Assembly (NCBI GenBank): GCA_963842085.1 | Contig: CAWJET010000002.1 | Location: 512,001 to 576,000, forward strand | DNA from: an uncultured delta proteobacterium | GTDB taxonomy: Bacteria > Desulfobacterota > Binatia > Binatales > Binataceae | DNA length: 64,000 nucleotides | Direction of reading: 5' to 3' | In this document: piece by piece, positions 11,901 through 20,632 of the stretch | Numbering within the stretch: position 1 is the first letter of the stretch | How the letters are laid out: each line of letters begins with the position of its first letter | Translations under genes and position numbers: made by a program | The notes under the pieces: generated by a model | Database searches by the model: none | Seen by the model: only the letters and a program-made list of their open reading frames with translations | What the model was told of the DNA's origin: nothing

Positions 11901-12122
11901 CTGGGAATCGCGCTCGTCGAAGAGCGGTCGCAGGTAGTCGATAAAGGCGTAGGCGACCAGCGCGATCAGAATCGCGCCCCCGATCAATCCCGGCAATTTC
12001 CCGCTGGACGTTTCGGTACCCGATGCCGCAGCGATCGAAAATATCGCCAGTGCAGCAACGCCCCAATCCAACAATGGCGCCCGCGCAATCGACCGCCGCG
12101 GCCTGTCCCCCGCAACCTTCAA
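8955..12122 (-). CDS. Fused double GT-C protein: N-terminal GT87/PIG-M-like mannosyltransferase plus C-terminal protein O-mannosyltransferase (PMT/GT39)
   Basis: N-terminal half has DYPPGYLY, WGQSDS, KPQ, MHERYLYP; C-terminal half has VFDEVHF, HPPLAK, FGWR, HPYASPWWSWP, FLYHY; many TM segments. Confidence 0.88.
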   Translation of the reverse strand: MKVAGDRPRRSIARAPLLDWGVAALAIFSIAAASGTETSSGKLPGLIGGAILIALVAYAFIDYLRPLFDERDSQLTVALLALGFLAALKLVVMPYFPGFGPDVGDYQAWASQIATFGPAHTYQQGFFLDYPPGYLYALWVVGIIAHAIGASGDFYRVIIESPAIVADFTLALLMYAFVRRGSRPQWAFAAMLMVALNPALLFDTVVWGQSDSVMAFVTLLSIVSILVEEYEIAWGLAAIAVLVKPQGLMMLPVLGVWTMLETDFATWLRSGVALLAVAIIGIAPFQIGHEWNWIIKLYTSTAAYYHETSVNAFNLVALLGGLRQPDSNTLAGISYFTLGMSLLAPLYAYVAWILWRGRTPARLLFASFIAIFGFFMVAPRMHERYLYPAITLAVPLALEAPEMLAVFVMVSLTCLINLVYVLHTLKTVVFLDARDGLAMATSALNVAALGLAVYYGAARMQERSGASSVVGEFFARFATPRPVEESVEEPPASAPPWLAADTLIISALLIAAAVTRFWHLGHPAEIVFDEVHFVAQGRHYLHGESFLDPHPPLAKLVIALGILLFGDHPFGWRVGNATIGTALVGITYLLGRRISGSRLAGALAGGILLCDGMYLVDSHYAVIDIVYLTCAAVAYLLFFRFAQTPDAGARRRILPWIGLALGLCLASKLYIPAITFLLVMGFILYVLAKERPEPAPAPPPVESKAPLDSKPTKIKVPAPVSLGIDLFDQTSALFISVTCIVLGLLLFLSGATLAYSLLIVFAFLALRGAEIWLRRRTSSATPSLPMPSLSSVLEPTSVGALVLVGSVAAFAYLAVFIPHYWLGWWGGIADLLHYYSDVIWYEKSVASATHPYASPWWSWPLMLRPIAYWQSFPKTGDVQTVWGGGNPVLWWGALTAITITAVNAIERPTLTRSFLVIGYLSYWLIWSWIGRTLFLYHYMASVYFGYLALAILLAECFKERAEPWEHLALLLTMTPVFFLGLPPTWGWLTFLVVVGAYCFFLLWTRYSGRYVASVFLVTALILFVYYFPIWVGMPISRSGYYARMWLQGSGLHNWI

Positions 12123-12303
12123 TACTCGATCATCCTGCTATTGCCCACATCGCGCGCCGCTAAGATAGCGGTTATTGGACCTGCGATGAACAGTCGCGGC
12201 TTCAAGCCGCGACGGCCAACGGCACCCTGCCCGCGCGAGCCGGCTGGCGAGGCCGCTCGCGCGCAGTCTATTATGCGGCATTGCCGCCAAGGAGAGCGCT
12301 TCG

Positions 12304-12966
12304 ATGCGACTGATACATACCGTCTATGAGCCCGCGGGCGAAGGACCCCATCCGACGCTGATTGCGATGCACGGGTTCGGCGCCAACGCGCTCGATCTCC
12401 TTGGACTCGCGCCGTATATCGCCGACGGCCGCTTCATGGTGATTTGTCCACAGGGTCCGATGGAAGTGCCGATCGGTCCCACGCGCGGCTACGCATGGTT
12501 TCCGATTCGGATGGGCGCTTCACCCGATCGCGGCGCAATCGACGACGCCAACAAAATGGTGACCGAGTTTCTCAACGCGGCGCTGCAGAAGTATCCGGTC
12601 GATCGAAAAAAACTGGTGGTGCTCGGTTTCAGCCAGGGCGGCATGATGGCGTATCGGCTCGCGATGAGAAATCCTTCGAAGTTCGCCGCGCTGGTGGCGC
12701 TCTCGACCTACTTTCCGCCTGACTTGAAGGACGAGGTCAACGACGCCGCCGCGCTCGAAGCGCTGCCGACGCTGGTTCAGCACGGCCGCGCCGACGAGAT
12801 GATCGAAATAACGCGGGCGCGGGCGTCGGTGGAATCGCTGCGCGCCCTCAAGGTGCCGCTGACCTACCGCGAGTACGATTGCGGTCACGAGATAACCGCC
12901 GAGGGCCTGAATGATCTCTCGAACTTCCTGACCGAGAAGGTGCTCGACCCAATCGTCAAGCCGTGA
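12304..12966 (+). CDS. Phospholipase/carboxylesterase (alpha/beta hydrolase)
   Basis: HGFG, GFSQGG nucleophile elbow, HGRADEMI, GHEI. Confidence 0.92.
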   Translation: MRLIHTVYEPAGEGPHPTLIAMHGFGANALDLLGLAPYIADGRFMVICPQGPMEVPIGPTRGYAWFPIRMGASPDRGAIDDANKMVTEFLNAALQKYPVDRKKLVVLGFSQGGMMAYRLAMRNPSKFAALVALSTYFPPDLKDEVNDAAALEALPTLVQHGRADEMIEITRARASVESLRALKVPLTYREYDCGHEITAEGLNDLSNFLTEKVLDPIVKP

Positions 12967-13058
12967 TTTCTTCGCCTCTCCCTTCAAGGAAGAGGACGAA
13001 GGCGAGAGTCTTTATACAGCGCGCATTTTCCGCGCGCGATTCAGGATTCTGCTTCTGC
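12967..13058. repeat. Repeat family B copy
   Basis: About 90 bp, closely matching the reverse complement of ~39730-39825 (CCTCTCCC..GAGG..CAGCGCGCATTTT..GCGCGCGA). Confidence 0.8.
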
Positions 13059-13061
13059 GCC

Positions 13062-13821
13062 CTACTTGTCTTCGACGATCGCGACCGGACGCACCCATCC
13101 CGCACTGCCGCCGGTGATTTTGATCGGCAGCGCACTCACCTTAAATCCGAACGGCCGCGGAATCGCGCCAAGGTTGGCGAGTTTTTCCATGTGCAGATGC
13201 TCCCGCTCACGGCCGACGAAATGCGCCGGGAAAAGTGCGTCGGCCTGACCCTCGCGCAACCCGCGGGCCATCGTGGCGAACGACACGTCCATCGCAATCG
13301 CGTCGATCCCGATCAGCTTCACGCCCTGGTCGAGAATATAGTTCTGTCCCGCCACCGAGAGTCCCGCCTGCCGCCGTACGTAGTCATCGACGTTGTCGAG
13401 ATACTGGTCGCTGCCGGTCCACAGCAGCACGATATCGAGCGGCTTCAGAGCGTAGTCGATTCGCGCGAGCTCGCCCCTGATGTCCTCGACGCTGATGTCC
13501 TCGCCCTCGCGATGACGAAAATCGAGGCGGACGCCGTCGCCATAACACCACTCCAGCGGAATTTGGTCGATCGTGCGCGCGGGCTTGCCCTCGCACATCG
13601 GCCCGAAATGCCAGGGCGCGTCGATGTGATTGCCGGCATGCCCGGTCAGCGTGATCGTTTCCCATCCGAGCGCCATCGACTCCGGGTAGTCGCCGACATC
13701 GGAACCCTTGAACAGGCGCAGCATCGCGCGCGCCCTCATCGTGGCTGACGCGTTTGAAGCGATAGTTCCACGGCGGATACGGCGCGGCGTCGAGCGGAAC
13801 CCCGATGTCGATAATTTTCAC
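13062..13821 (-). pseudogene. Cyclase / kynurenine formamidase family metal hydrolase, frameshifted near 13730
   Basis: N-terminus MKIIDIGVPL...SHDEG in one frame; HAGNHIDAPWHF, GIDAI, HMEKL, GSAGWVR in another; shift falls in a GC dinucleotide run. Confidence 0.8.
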
Positions 13822-13919
13822 GCATGAGATTCTAACGCCCGCGTCTCATTCTGTCATTCAGAGCCGCCGCGGCGACTATCCGGATCTTTGCCGAAACAAA
13901 GCATGCTAGGATCGCGGTT

Positions 13920-14729
13920 ATGAGCGATGACACCAATGCCGCAAAGGCATTTACCAGATTGCTCGCGGTCCTTACGGAACTGCGCGCGCGATGCCCGTGG
14001 GATCGCGAACAGAAACTCGCCGACACTCGGCGCCACCTGATCGAGGAAGCATACGAGGTGGCCGACGCAATCGCGCGCGGCAATCCATCCGACGTCGCGG
14101 AGGAACTCGGCGATGTGGCGGCTCAATTCCTGTTCGCCGGAGTCATTCTCGCCGAGCAGTCGGAGTTCGATCTCGCGACTGTCATAAATAACGCTGCGCA
14201 AAAACTCATTCGGCGGCATCCGCACATTTACGGCGATACGCGGGCCGATACGACTGAGCGGGTTCTCGAAAATTGGGAGCGGATCAAACAACAGGAGCGC
14301 GAGAGCAAGAACCCGCACGGCGCGAAGAGTCTCGCCCACGTCGGCCGCGGCCTGCCCTCGATGATGCGCGCGGAGAAGCTCGGCGAGAAGGCGCGCCGTG
14401 CCGGCATGGATTGGGCAGACGTTCGCGAGGTGCTGGCCAAGGCCCGCGAGGAACTCGACGAGGTCGAACGCGCACTCGATCGTGGCGACACCGCCGGCGC
14501 CTCCGAGGAGATTGGCGATCTAATGCTCGCGGTTGCCAACGCGCCCCGCTTCATCGGCAAGGACGCCGAGCAGACGTTGCGTGCCGCCTGCGACAAGTTC
14601 GTCACCCGCTTCGACCAGGTCACGCGCCTCGCGGCCTCGCGCGGATTAGATCTCAAGGCCATGACGCCGTCAGAAATCGACGCCCTGTGGAACGAAGCCA
14701 AAGCCGCGTCGCGCGCCGGCGAGCAATGA
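13920..14729 (+). CDS. mazG: Nucleoside triphosphate pyrophosphohydrolase MazG
   Basis: CPWDREQ, IEEAYEV, EELGD, KLIRRHPH, second domain EEL.E...EEIGD. Confidence 0.95.
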   Translation: MSDDTNAAKAFTRLLAVLTELRARCPWDREQKLADTRRHLIEEAYEVADAIARGNPSDVAEELGDVAAQFLFAGVILAEQSEFDLATVINNAAQKLIRRHPHIYGDTRADTTERVLENWERIKQQERESKNPHGAKSLAHVGRGLPSMMRAEKLGEKARRAGMDWADVREVLAKAREELDEVERALDRGDTAGASEEIGDLMLAVANAPRFIGKDAEQTLRAACDKFVTRFDQVTRLAASRGLDLKAMTPSEIDALWNEAKAASRAGEQ

Positions 14730-14789
14730 AGCAATTAATCGGAGCGGTGTATTGCCCACGCGCTCGCGCACTGTTAGAAATGACTGGTT

Positions 14790-15077
14790 ATGCCTCATAT
14801 TCCCGTTCACCCATCTGCGCAGAAGCGCCATCGCCAAAGCCTTAAGCGCGCCAAGCGCAACCGCGTCGTCAGGACGCGCGCTCGCACGTTGGCCAAGACC
14901 GCGGCGGAAACCATCGCGTCGAGCAGCGACGAAGCCGCGGCGCGCGAGGCGCTCAAGCAGGCCACCAAGGTTTTGTACAAGGCGATCAGCCGCGGCACGA
15001 TGCATCGCAATACCGTCCGCCGCAAAGTTGCGCGGCTGTCGGCCAGCCTGCATCGCAAATTCGGCAAGAAAGCGTAA
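14790..15077 (+). CDS. rpsT: 30S ribosomal protein S20
   Basis: SAQKRHRQS...RN, KAISRG.MHRN..RRK.ARL. Confidence 0.95.
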   Translation: MPHIPVHPSAQKRHRQSLKRAKRNRVVRTRARTLAKTAAETIASSSDEAAAREALKQATKVLYKAISRGTMHRNTVRRKVARLSASLHRKFGKKA

Positions 15078-15101
15078 GCTGCCCGCGCTAGGCAGCGGTC
15101 T

Positions 15102-16166
15102 TCAGTCGGGCGCGCTCATTAAATCGAGCAGCAAACCGGCCAGCGCTTCTTCGCGCTCCTTGATCGTCCCGTTCTTGAATCCCGCATCCATCGCGCACGC
15201 GCGCCAGTAAGCGCGTTCCAGGCGCGCCAACCCGAAGCGCCGCGCCCCTTCGATTGCGCGGGTTGCCAGGCCGCTCTGCGGCGGCAGTCCCAGCGCGCCG
15301 GCGACATCGCCGGCGCTTCTGCGGCTTGAGATCATCGAGGCCGCGATCATCATCCGCCGCATCATCGGTATGATCTCGACCGCGAGAATCTCGAAAACCT
15401 CGCGCCCGAGCGCAAGCGCGCGGCCCAACTGCGCCATCGCCGCCGAGACCCGGCCGCGCGCGACGCTCTCCGCGAGCTCGAATGTCTCCGGCATCCGCCT
15501 CGCGCTTTCGTCCAGATCGCCCGGCTGCACCGCTGCGCCCGGTTCGACGAAGATGGTGACTTTGGCGAGCGTGTTGGCGACGGCGGCCAGATCTCCGCCG
15601 TGGCGCGAAATAATCAGGTCGATTGCGGGCGCCGACAGTTTTAATCCAAGCGAGTGCGCAAACGCATTGACGTACTGCTCGATCTGATTGTCGAACGGAC
15701 GCATGCAATTGACGAGCAGCGCAGACTTTTCGGCCGCGCGGCGGATCTTCGCCGGCGCGTTGTCTTTTTCGTAGAGCAGGATGAGGTGGCCGGGGCCGCG
15801 CGCGGTCTCGACTGCCGCCGCCAGCGCCGCCTCCGAGCCGCCGCTGCCCGACGCGCGCGCCTCGCCGCCTTCAGCGTCCGCGCCGGCAGACTCCGCCCTG
15901 TCCCGGCGCGATTTGAGAATTCGGCATCCGAGCGCACGCCTGGGTGCGAACAAATCGGGCGCGCGGAGCTCGTTCAGCACGGCGCCGTAATCGTCACCCG
16001 CGCCGACCTGAAAGCCGCGATACTCGCAGCCGTCGGCGGCCAGCTTGCGGACGATCGAATCGAGAACATATTCGCGCAGGAACGCGTGCGGGCCGAAGAT
16101 CACAACAACCGGAGGGATTCGCCGTTCCCCTCCTCGAAGGTACGCCAGCGCGGTTTCAAGCGGCAT
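15102..16166 (-). CDS. holA: DNA polymerase III subunit delta
   Basis: V..FG...FLRE N-terminus, GGDL......KV, FELAES, D..FKNG C-terminus; lptE-holA synteny. Confidence 0.85.
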   Translation of the reverse strand: MPLETALAYLRGGERRIPPVVVIFGPHAFLREYVLDSIVRKLAADGCEYRGFQVGAGDDYGAVLNELRAPDLFAPRRALGCRILKSRRDRAESAGADAEGGEARASGSGGSEAALAAAVETARGPGHLILLYEKDNAPAKIRRAAEKSALLVNCMRPFDNQIEQYVNAFAHSLGLKLSAPAIDLIISRHGGDLAAVANTLAKVTIFVEPGAAVQPGDLDESARRMPETFELAESVARGRVSAAMAQLGRALALGREVFEILAVEIIPMMRRMMIAASMISSRRSAGDVAGALGLPPQSGLATRAIEGARRFGLARLERAYWRACAMDAGFKNGTIKEREEALAGLLLDLMSAPD

Positions 16167-16188
16167 GCGATGGCGTCCCGGCGCGCGG

Positions 16189-16803
16189 CTAGAAGCCTTC
16201 CGCCATCTCGGTGTACAGGTTCGCCGCGAGTCCCTGCATCATCAGGTCGAGCGCCGACGCCGTTTGGGTTTGCGCAACCTGGAGATCGGTCAGGTGCGCG
16301 ATATCGGAGCCGCGCAGGTTCTGCTGCAAAAAACTTGGCGTCGTGCTCACAGTCGTCTGCCCAACGACGGGAGCCTGTTGCGCGCTGCCGAGGTTGTGCG
16401 TGCTCCAGATCGCCTTCTTCGTGTGCAGGTCTTTTAGCATTGCCGAGATTGTCATACTCTCGCTGTAAGTGGTCGGCTCAAGCGCGCTGTTGAAGTTTAC
16501 CGGCGTTTGAACAAAGAGCCTGACCTCGCCCGACAGCTCGAGATCAGCCGCGTCCGGACTATCCACGACTGTGAGCCTGCGATGCATGGCGATTTCATCT
16601 TTAACGTAGCGCATAAATTGGTCGTTGAGTCCGGTTATGCGGGTGGCGTTGTCGAATCGCGCGACGTAAATCGTCTGGGCATTTTGCGGCAGCGCATCGC
16701 CGGACGCCGCGAAGTGATAGCCGCACCCCGAGATAACCAGGCCGGCGGCGATCGCGAGGCCGAGCAGTAGCCTACTCGGCCTTGGATAGCGTGACTTCCT
16801 CAC
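16189..16803 (-). CDS. lptE: LPS assembly lipoprotein LptE
   Basis: Lipobox SGCGYHF, TIYV..FDN.T, ADLEL.GEV; upstream of holA. Confidence 0.85.
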   Translation of the reverse strand: MRKSRYPRPSRLLLGLAIAAGLVISGCGYHFAASGDALPQNAQTIYVARFDNATRITGLNDQFMRYVKDEIAMHRRLTVVDSPDAADLELSGEVRLFVQTPVNFNSALEPTTYSESMTISAMLKDLHTKKAIWSTHNLGSAQQAPVVGQTTVSTTPSFLQQNLRGSDIAHLTDLQVAQTQTASALDLMMQGLAANLYTEMAEGF

Positions 16804-17218
16804 CCTTCTGCTTGAGCCCTAACCGTCCTGCAATTTCGTCCAGCACGCCGTTGACGAAGCGCCCCGACTCGATGTCGCCGTAGCATTTCGCCAGCTCGAT
16901 CGCTTCATCAATCGTAACGCGCGCGGGGATGTCCTCCATCCTGAGGAGTTCGTAAAGCGCGATTCGCATGACGTTGTGATCAACCCGCGACAGCCGCTTG
17001 ACCGACCAATGTTCTAGTGCATCCGCCAGGTGCTGGTCGAGCGCCGGCTGCTCGCGGCGCACTCCTTCCATCAACTGGACGGCAAAGTTGCGCGCGCTCT
17101 GCTCCGCCGGAAAACTTTCGAACAGCGCGGTCAGGTCGTCGTTGCTGGCGCCACCACAGATATCAATCCGGTATAGCGCCTTGAGCGCAAGCTCGCGCCC
17201 CTGATGTCTTAGTCCCAT
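16772..17218 (-). CDS. nusB: Transcription antitermination factor NusB
   Basis: R...RELALKALY, WSVKRL..VD, IDEAIELAK.YG, FVNGVLD. Confidence 0.96.
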   Translation of the reverse strand: MGLRHQGRELALKALYRIDICGGASNDDLTALFESFPAEQSARNFAVQLMEGVRREQPALDQHLADALEHWSVKRLSRVDHNVMRIALYELLRMEDIPARVTIDEAIELAKCYGDIESGRFVNGVLDEIAGRLGLKQKGEEVTLSKAE

Positions 17219-17276
17219 TGCAATTCCACAGTCGCGGGCAGCGCAGCATGCGTCGGCGCAGCGGCGGCCTACGCTC

Positions 17277-18488
17277 TCAAGTAATCAGCTTCAGCTCCGA
17301 AAACAGGTGGCCGAGTTTTTCCTTCTTGGTTTTCAGGTATTCGATGTTCCCCGCATGCGGCGTGACCTCGATCGGCACGCGCGAAACGCTTACCCCATAG
17401 CGGCGCAGGCTCTCAATCTTGTGCGGATTGTTGGTCAGCAACTGCACCTCGCCGACGCCGAGGTCGCGCAGAATCTGCGCGCCGATTCCGTAGTCACGCA
17501 AGTCCTCGTCGAAACCGAGATGCAGGTTCGCTTCAACGGTGTCCATCCCCTGGTCCTGCAGCGCGTAGGCGCGAATCTTGTTCCCGAGCCCGATTCCGCG
17601 CCCCTCCTGGTGGAGATAGATCACCACGCCGCGATCCGTCGACATGATTCGTTCGAGCGCCTCCTGCAGTTGCTCACCGCAGTCGCATCGCGCCGACGCG
17701 AACACGTCGCCGGTCAGGCACTCCGAATGGAGCCGCACCAGCGCGGAGCGCCCGCCGCCGACCTGGCCCTTGACCAGCGCCAGATGCTCGCGGCCGTCGA
17801 CGATGTTGCGGAAGACGACGGCATTCAGCAGACCGCCGTCGACCGGAAACGGCTGCTCGGAAACGCGCTGGACCAGGACTTCATTGGTCAGCCGATATGA
17901 AACGAGTTCCTTGACGTAAACTATCGGCAGCGAATGCCGGGCCGCGAACTCCCGCAGTTCCTTGAGCCGTGCCGCCTCGCCGTCCTCGCGCAGGATAGTG
18001 CACAGCGCCGCGACCGGGCCCATCCCCGCCGAGCGCATCAGGTCCACCGCGCCTTCGGCGCGCCCGATCCGCACCATCACGCCGCCGCTCAGCGCCATCA
18101 GCGGCAAGATATGGCCGGGCATGACGATATCGTGATGGCGGGATTCGTCGAACGCAACCACCGAAATCACCCGCGCGCGGTCGCTCGCGGAAATGCCGGT
18201 CGTGGCGCCTTCGCGCGCGTCGATCAGCACTCCCGCCTGCTGATTCGAGTCGCCGTTGTCGGTCGAAGGCTGAAGCGGAATCCCCAGGGCGCGGAAACGC
18301 TTCTCGGGAATCGCCACGGAGATCACGCCGCGGGCCTCGCGCGCCATGAAATTGATGGCGTCGGGGGTGATTTTCTCAGCCGCCATCACCAGGTCGCCCT
18401 CGGCGTCCTCGCGCTCCTCCGCAATCATCACGACCATCTTGCCGTCGCGCAGCGTGGAGAAAATTTCTTCTAAAGAAGCCGATGCCAT
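17277..18488 (-). CDS. ribBA: RibBA fusion: degenerate DHBP synthase domain plus intact GTP cyclohydrolase II
   Basis: GCHII motifs [25 protein letters not shown] intact; RibB motifs altered ([21 protein letters not shown]). Confidence 0.92.
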   Translation of the reverse strand: MASASLEEIFSTLRDGKMVVMIAEEREDAEGDLVMAAEKITPDAINFMAREARGVISVAIPEKRFRALGIPLQPSTDNGDSNQQAGVLIDAREGATTGISASDRARVISVVAFDESRHHDIVMPGHILPLMALSGGVMVRIGRAEGAVDLMRSAGMGPVAALCTILREDGEAARLKELREFAARHSLPIVYVKELVSYRLTNEVLVQRVSEQPFPVDGGLLNAVVFRNIVDGREHLALVKGQVGGGRSALVRLHSECLTGDVFASARCDCGEQLQEALERIMSTDRGVVIYLHQEGRGIGLGNKIRAYALQDQGMDTVEANLHLGFDEDLRDYGIGAQILRDLGVGEVQLLTNNPHKIESLRRYGVSVSRVPIEVTPHAGNIEYLKTKKEKLGHLFSELKLIT

Positions 18489-18532
18489 CTGATTCAGTTC
18501 GACGATGGCGATATTATCACCGGCTCGACAAC

Positions 18533-19675
18533 CTAACCAGTGCGCTCGTTGCGCGCGTTGACGCGACCCTCAATCAACCAGTCATCGCCGACCGGGCGCG
18601 CCGACAGATCTGTGAGCGCGAGCGCATCGCGCACACGCGTCGATTTCATTCCGTCAATCGCGGACCGACCCGCCCCAAGAATTTTCGGCGCGACGAAGAA
18701 TGCAACCCGATCCACGATACCCGCGCTCAGCGCCGAACCGGCGAGCGTCGCGCCACCTTCGATCAGTACGCGGCACCACCCGCGATGCCCGAACTCGAGC
18801 ATCAACCGATCCAGTTCGATCCTGCCGTCATGAGTCGCCACCGCGAGCACTTCGACGCCGCGCCTTTCATATCTTCGGCGCGCCCGAGCAAGATTAGCGG
18901 GCGTGGTCACCAGTATGGTGCCCGCGCTCGACCGCTGCCGAAAAACACGCGCCGCGGGCGGCGTGCGGAGCTGCGCGTCGACGACGACGCGCACGGGATC
19001 GCGCCCGCCCGCGATTCTGCACGTGAGCCGCGGATTGTCCGCGATCACGGTGCCGGCGCCGACTATCACGGCGTCGCATTCGCGGCGCCATCGATGGACC
19101 AGTTCGCGCGACGCGCGCGAACTGATCCATCGCGAATCGCCGCTGGCCGCGGCGATTCGCCCGTCCATCGACATCGCAAGCTTGAGTATTCCCATCGGCC
19201 GCCCGCGGCTCAGCCGCGTGATGAAGCCTTCATTCAGGCGCAGCGCTTCGTCTTCGAGCACTCCGGCTACGACCTCGATCTTCGCGCGCTTGAGGATTGC
19301 GATTCCGCGCCCCCGAACGCGCGGATCGGGATCGACGCATCCGATGACGGCGCGCTTGACGCCCGCCGCAACCAGCGCGTTCGCGCATGGCGGCGTTTCT
19401 CCGAAATGGGCGCACGGCTCGAACGAGACGTACGCCGTCGCGCCGCGCGCGAGCGCGCCCGCATCGGCGAGCGCTTGCGTCTCGCCGTGCGGACGCCCGC
19501 CCACCCCAGTGACGCAGCGCCCGACGACTTTCCCGCCGCGCACGATCACGCATCCCACTGTCGGATTTGGACTGGTCAGGCCCAGGCGGCCCTGCGCGAG
19601 CGCGAGCGCCTCGCCCATGAAGTGCCGGTCCCGAACCGCGGCCGAATCAGGAGGCGCCGCCGCCTTTCTTCTCAC
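18533..19675 (-). CDS. ribD: Bifunctional pyrimidine deaminase/reductase RibD
   Basis: TSPNP.VG, HGE, EPC.H...TPPC, SMDGRIA, GAGTV.ADNP.L..R, EGG. Confidence 0.96.
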   Translation of the reverse strand: MRRKAAAPPDSAAVRDRHFMGEALALAQGRLGLTSPNPTVGCVIVRGGKVVGRCVTGVGGRPHGETQALADAGALARGATAYVSFEPCAHFGETPPCANALVAAGVKRAVIGCVDPDPRVRGRGIAILKRAKIEVVAGVLEDEALRLNEGFITRLSRGRPMGILKLAMSMDGRIAAASGDSRWISSRASRELVHRWRRECDAVIVGAGTVIADNPRLTCRIAGGRDPVRVVVDAQLRTPPAARVFRQRSSAGTILVTTPANLARARRRYERRGVEVLAVATHDGRIELDRLMLEFGHRGWCRVLIEGGATLAGSALSAGIVDRVAFFVAPKILGAGRSAIDGMKSTRVRDALALTDLSARPVGDDWLIEGRVNARNERTG

Positions 19676-20156
19676 CGGCGGCGCGAGCTGCGGGCGCTTG
19701 CTTGCGTTGATTGATGAGATCTTCGAGCTCGTGCATGAACTCGTCGATGTCTTTGAACGAGCGATAGACCGACGCGAAGCGCACGTACGCGACCTGGTCG
19801 ATCTTGTGCAGCTCGTTCATGACCGCCAAGCCGATCGCGCTGCTGGCGACCTCGCGCTCGCCCTGCTCAGCCAGCGTGGCCTCGATGCGGTTGGCGATCT
19901 GCTCGATCGTTTCCATCGAGACCGGCCGCTTTTCGCACGCTCGCTTGAGGCCGGCGATTATCTTGGCGCGGTCGAACGGCTCGCGGCGGCCGTCCTTTTT
20001 GACCACCATCGGGGCCGCTTCCTCGACCCGCTCGTAGGTGGTGAAGCGCCGCTTGCATGATGAGCACATGCGGCGGCGCCGAATCATCGTGCCGTCGCTC
20101 GCGAGCCTCGAATCGACTACGCGGTTTCCGCGATGGCGGCAGAACGGGCACCGCAT
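19647..20156 (-). CDS. nrdR: Transcriptional repressor NrdR
   Basis: MRCPFC, VVDSR, RRRR.C..C..RFTTYE, ATP cone, [10 protein letters not shown]. Confidence 0.98.
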   Translation of the reverse strand: MRCPFCRHRGNRVVDSRLASDGTMIRRRRMCSSCKRRFTTYERVEEAAPMVVKKDGRREPFDRAKIIAGLKRACEKRPVSMETIEQIANRIEATLAEQGEREVASSAIGLAVMNELHKIDQVAYVRFASVYRSFKDIDEFMHELEDLINQRKQAPAARAAGEKKGGGAS

Positions 20157-20233
20157 GGTCTAGCTCCGCAGCGCCCGGACGAGGCGCCGCGGGCGCGGCG
20201 ATTTGTCACGGGCGAGTATTGTGTCGCGCGGTT

Positions 20234-20473
20234 TCAGCTCTTGTGAGCCTCGATATAGGTGACGACGTCTTTGACGGTGCGGATCTTCTCGGCGTCCTCG
20301 TCGGAAATTTCGATGTTGAACTCCTCTTCCAGCGCCATGACCAGCTCGACGATGTCGAGCGAGTCCGCGCCGAGGTCCTCGATGAACGAGGCCTCCGGAG
20401 TTACTTCGTCGGCGGCCACACCCAGTTGCTCGCTTATCTTCTCGCGAACCTTGGTTTCGATGTCTTGAGCCAT
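20234..20473 (-). CDS. acpP: Acyl carrier protein
   Basis: [20 protein letters not shown] phosphopantetheine motif. Confidence 0.98.
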   Translation of the reverse strand: MAQDIETKVREKISEQLGVAADEVTPEASFIEDLGADSLDIVELVMALEEEFNIEISDEDAEKIRTVKDVVTYIEAHKS

Positions 20474-20632
20474 CGTGCTCTCGTTCCTCCTGGCAGCAAG
20501 CCGTGATTAGGCCGCCGATCAATATTCCAACATTATCCCACTGCCGCGAAGACCAGAAGGCAACGGTCAGGGGCTCGGGTTCAAGTTATCAGGGCAGCAT
20601 AAGGACTGAAAGGAGCGGACGCAAGGCGGCGC

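Noticed and set aside
18489-20233. FMN riboswitch for the rib genes
   Set aside because: The intergenic gaps are too short and no RFN consensus is visible.
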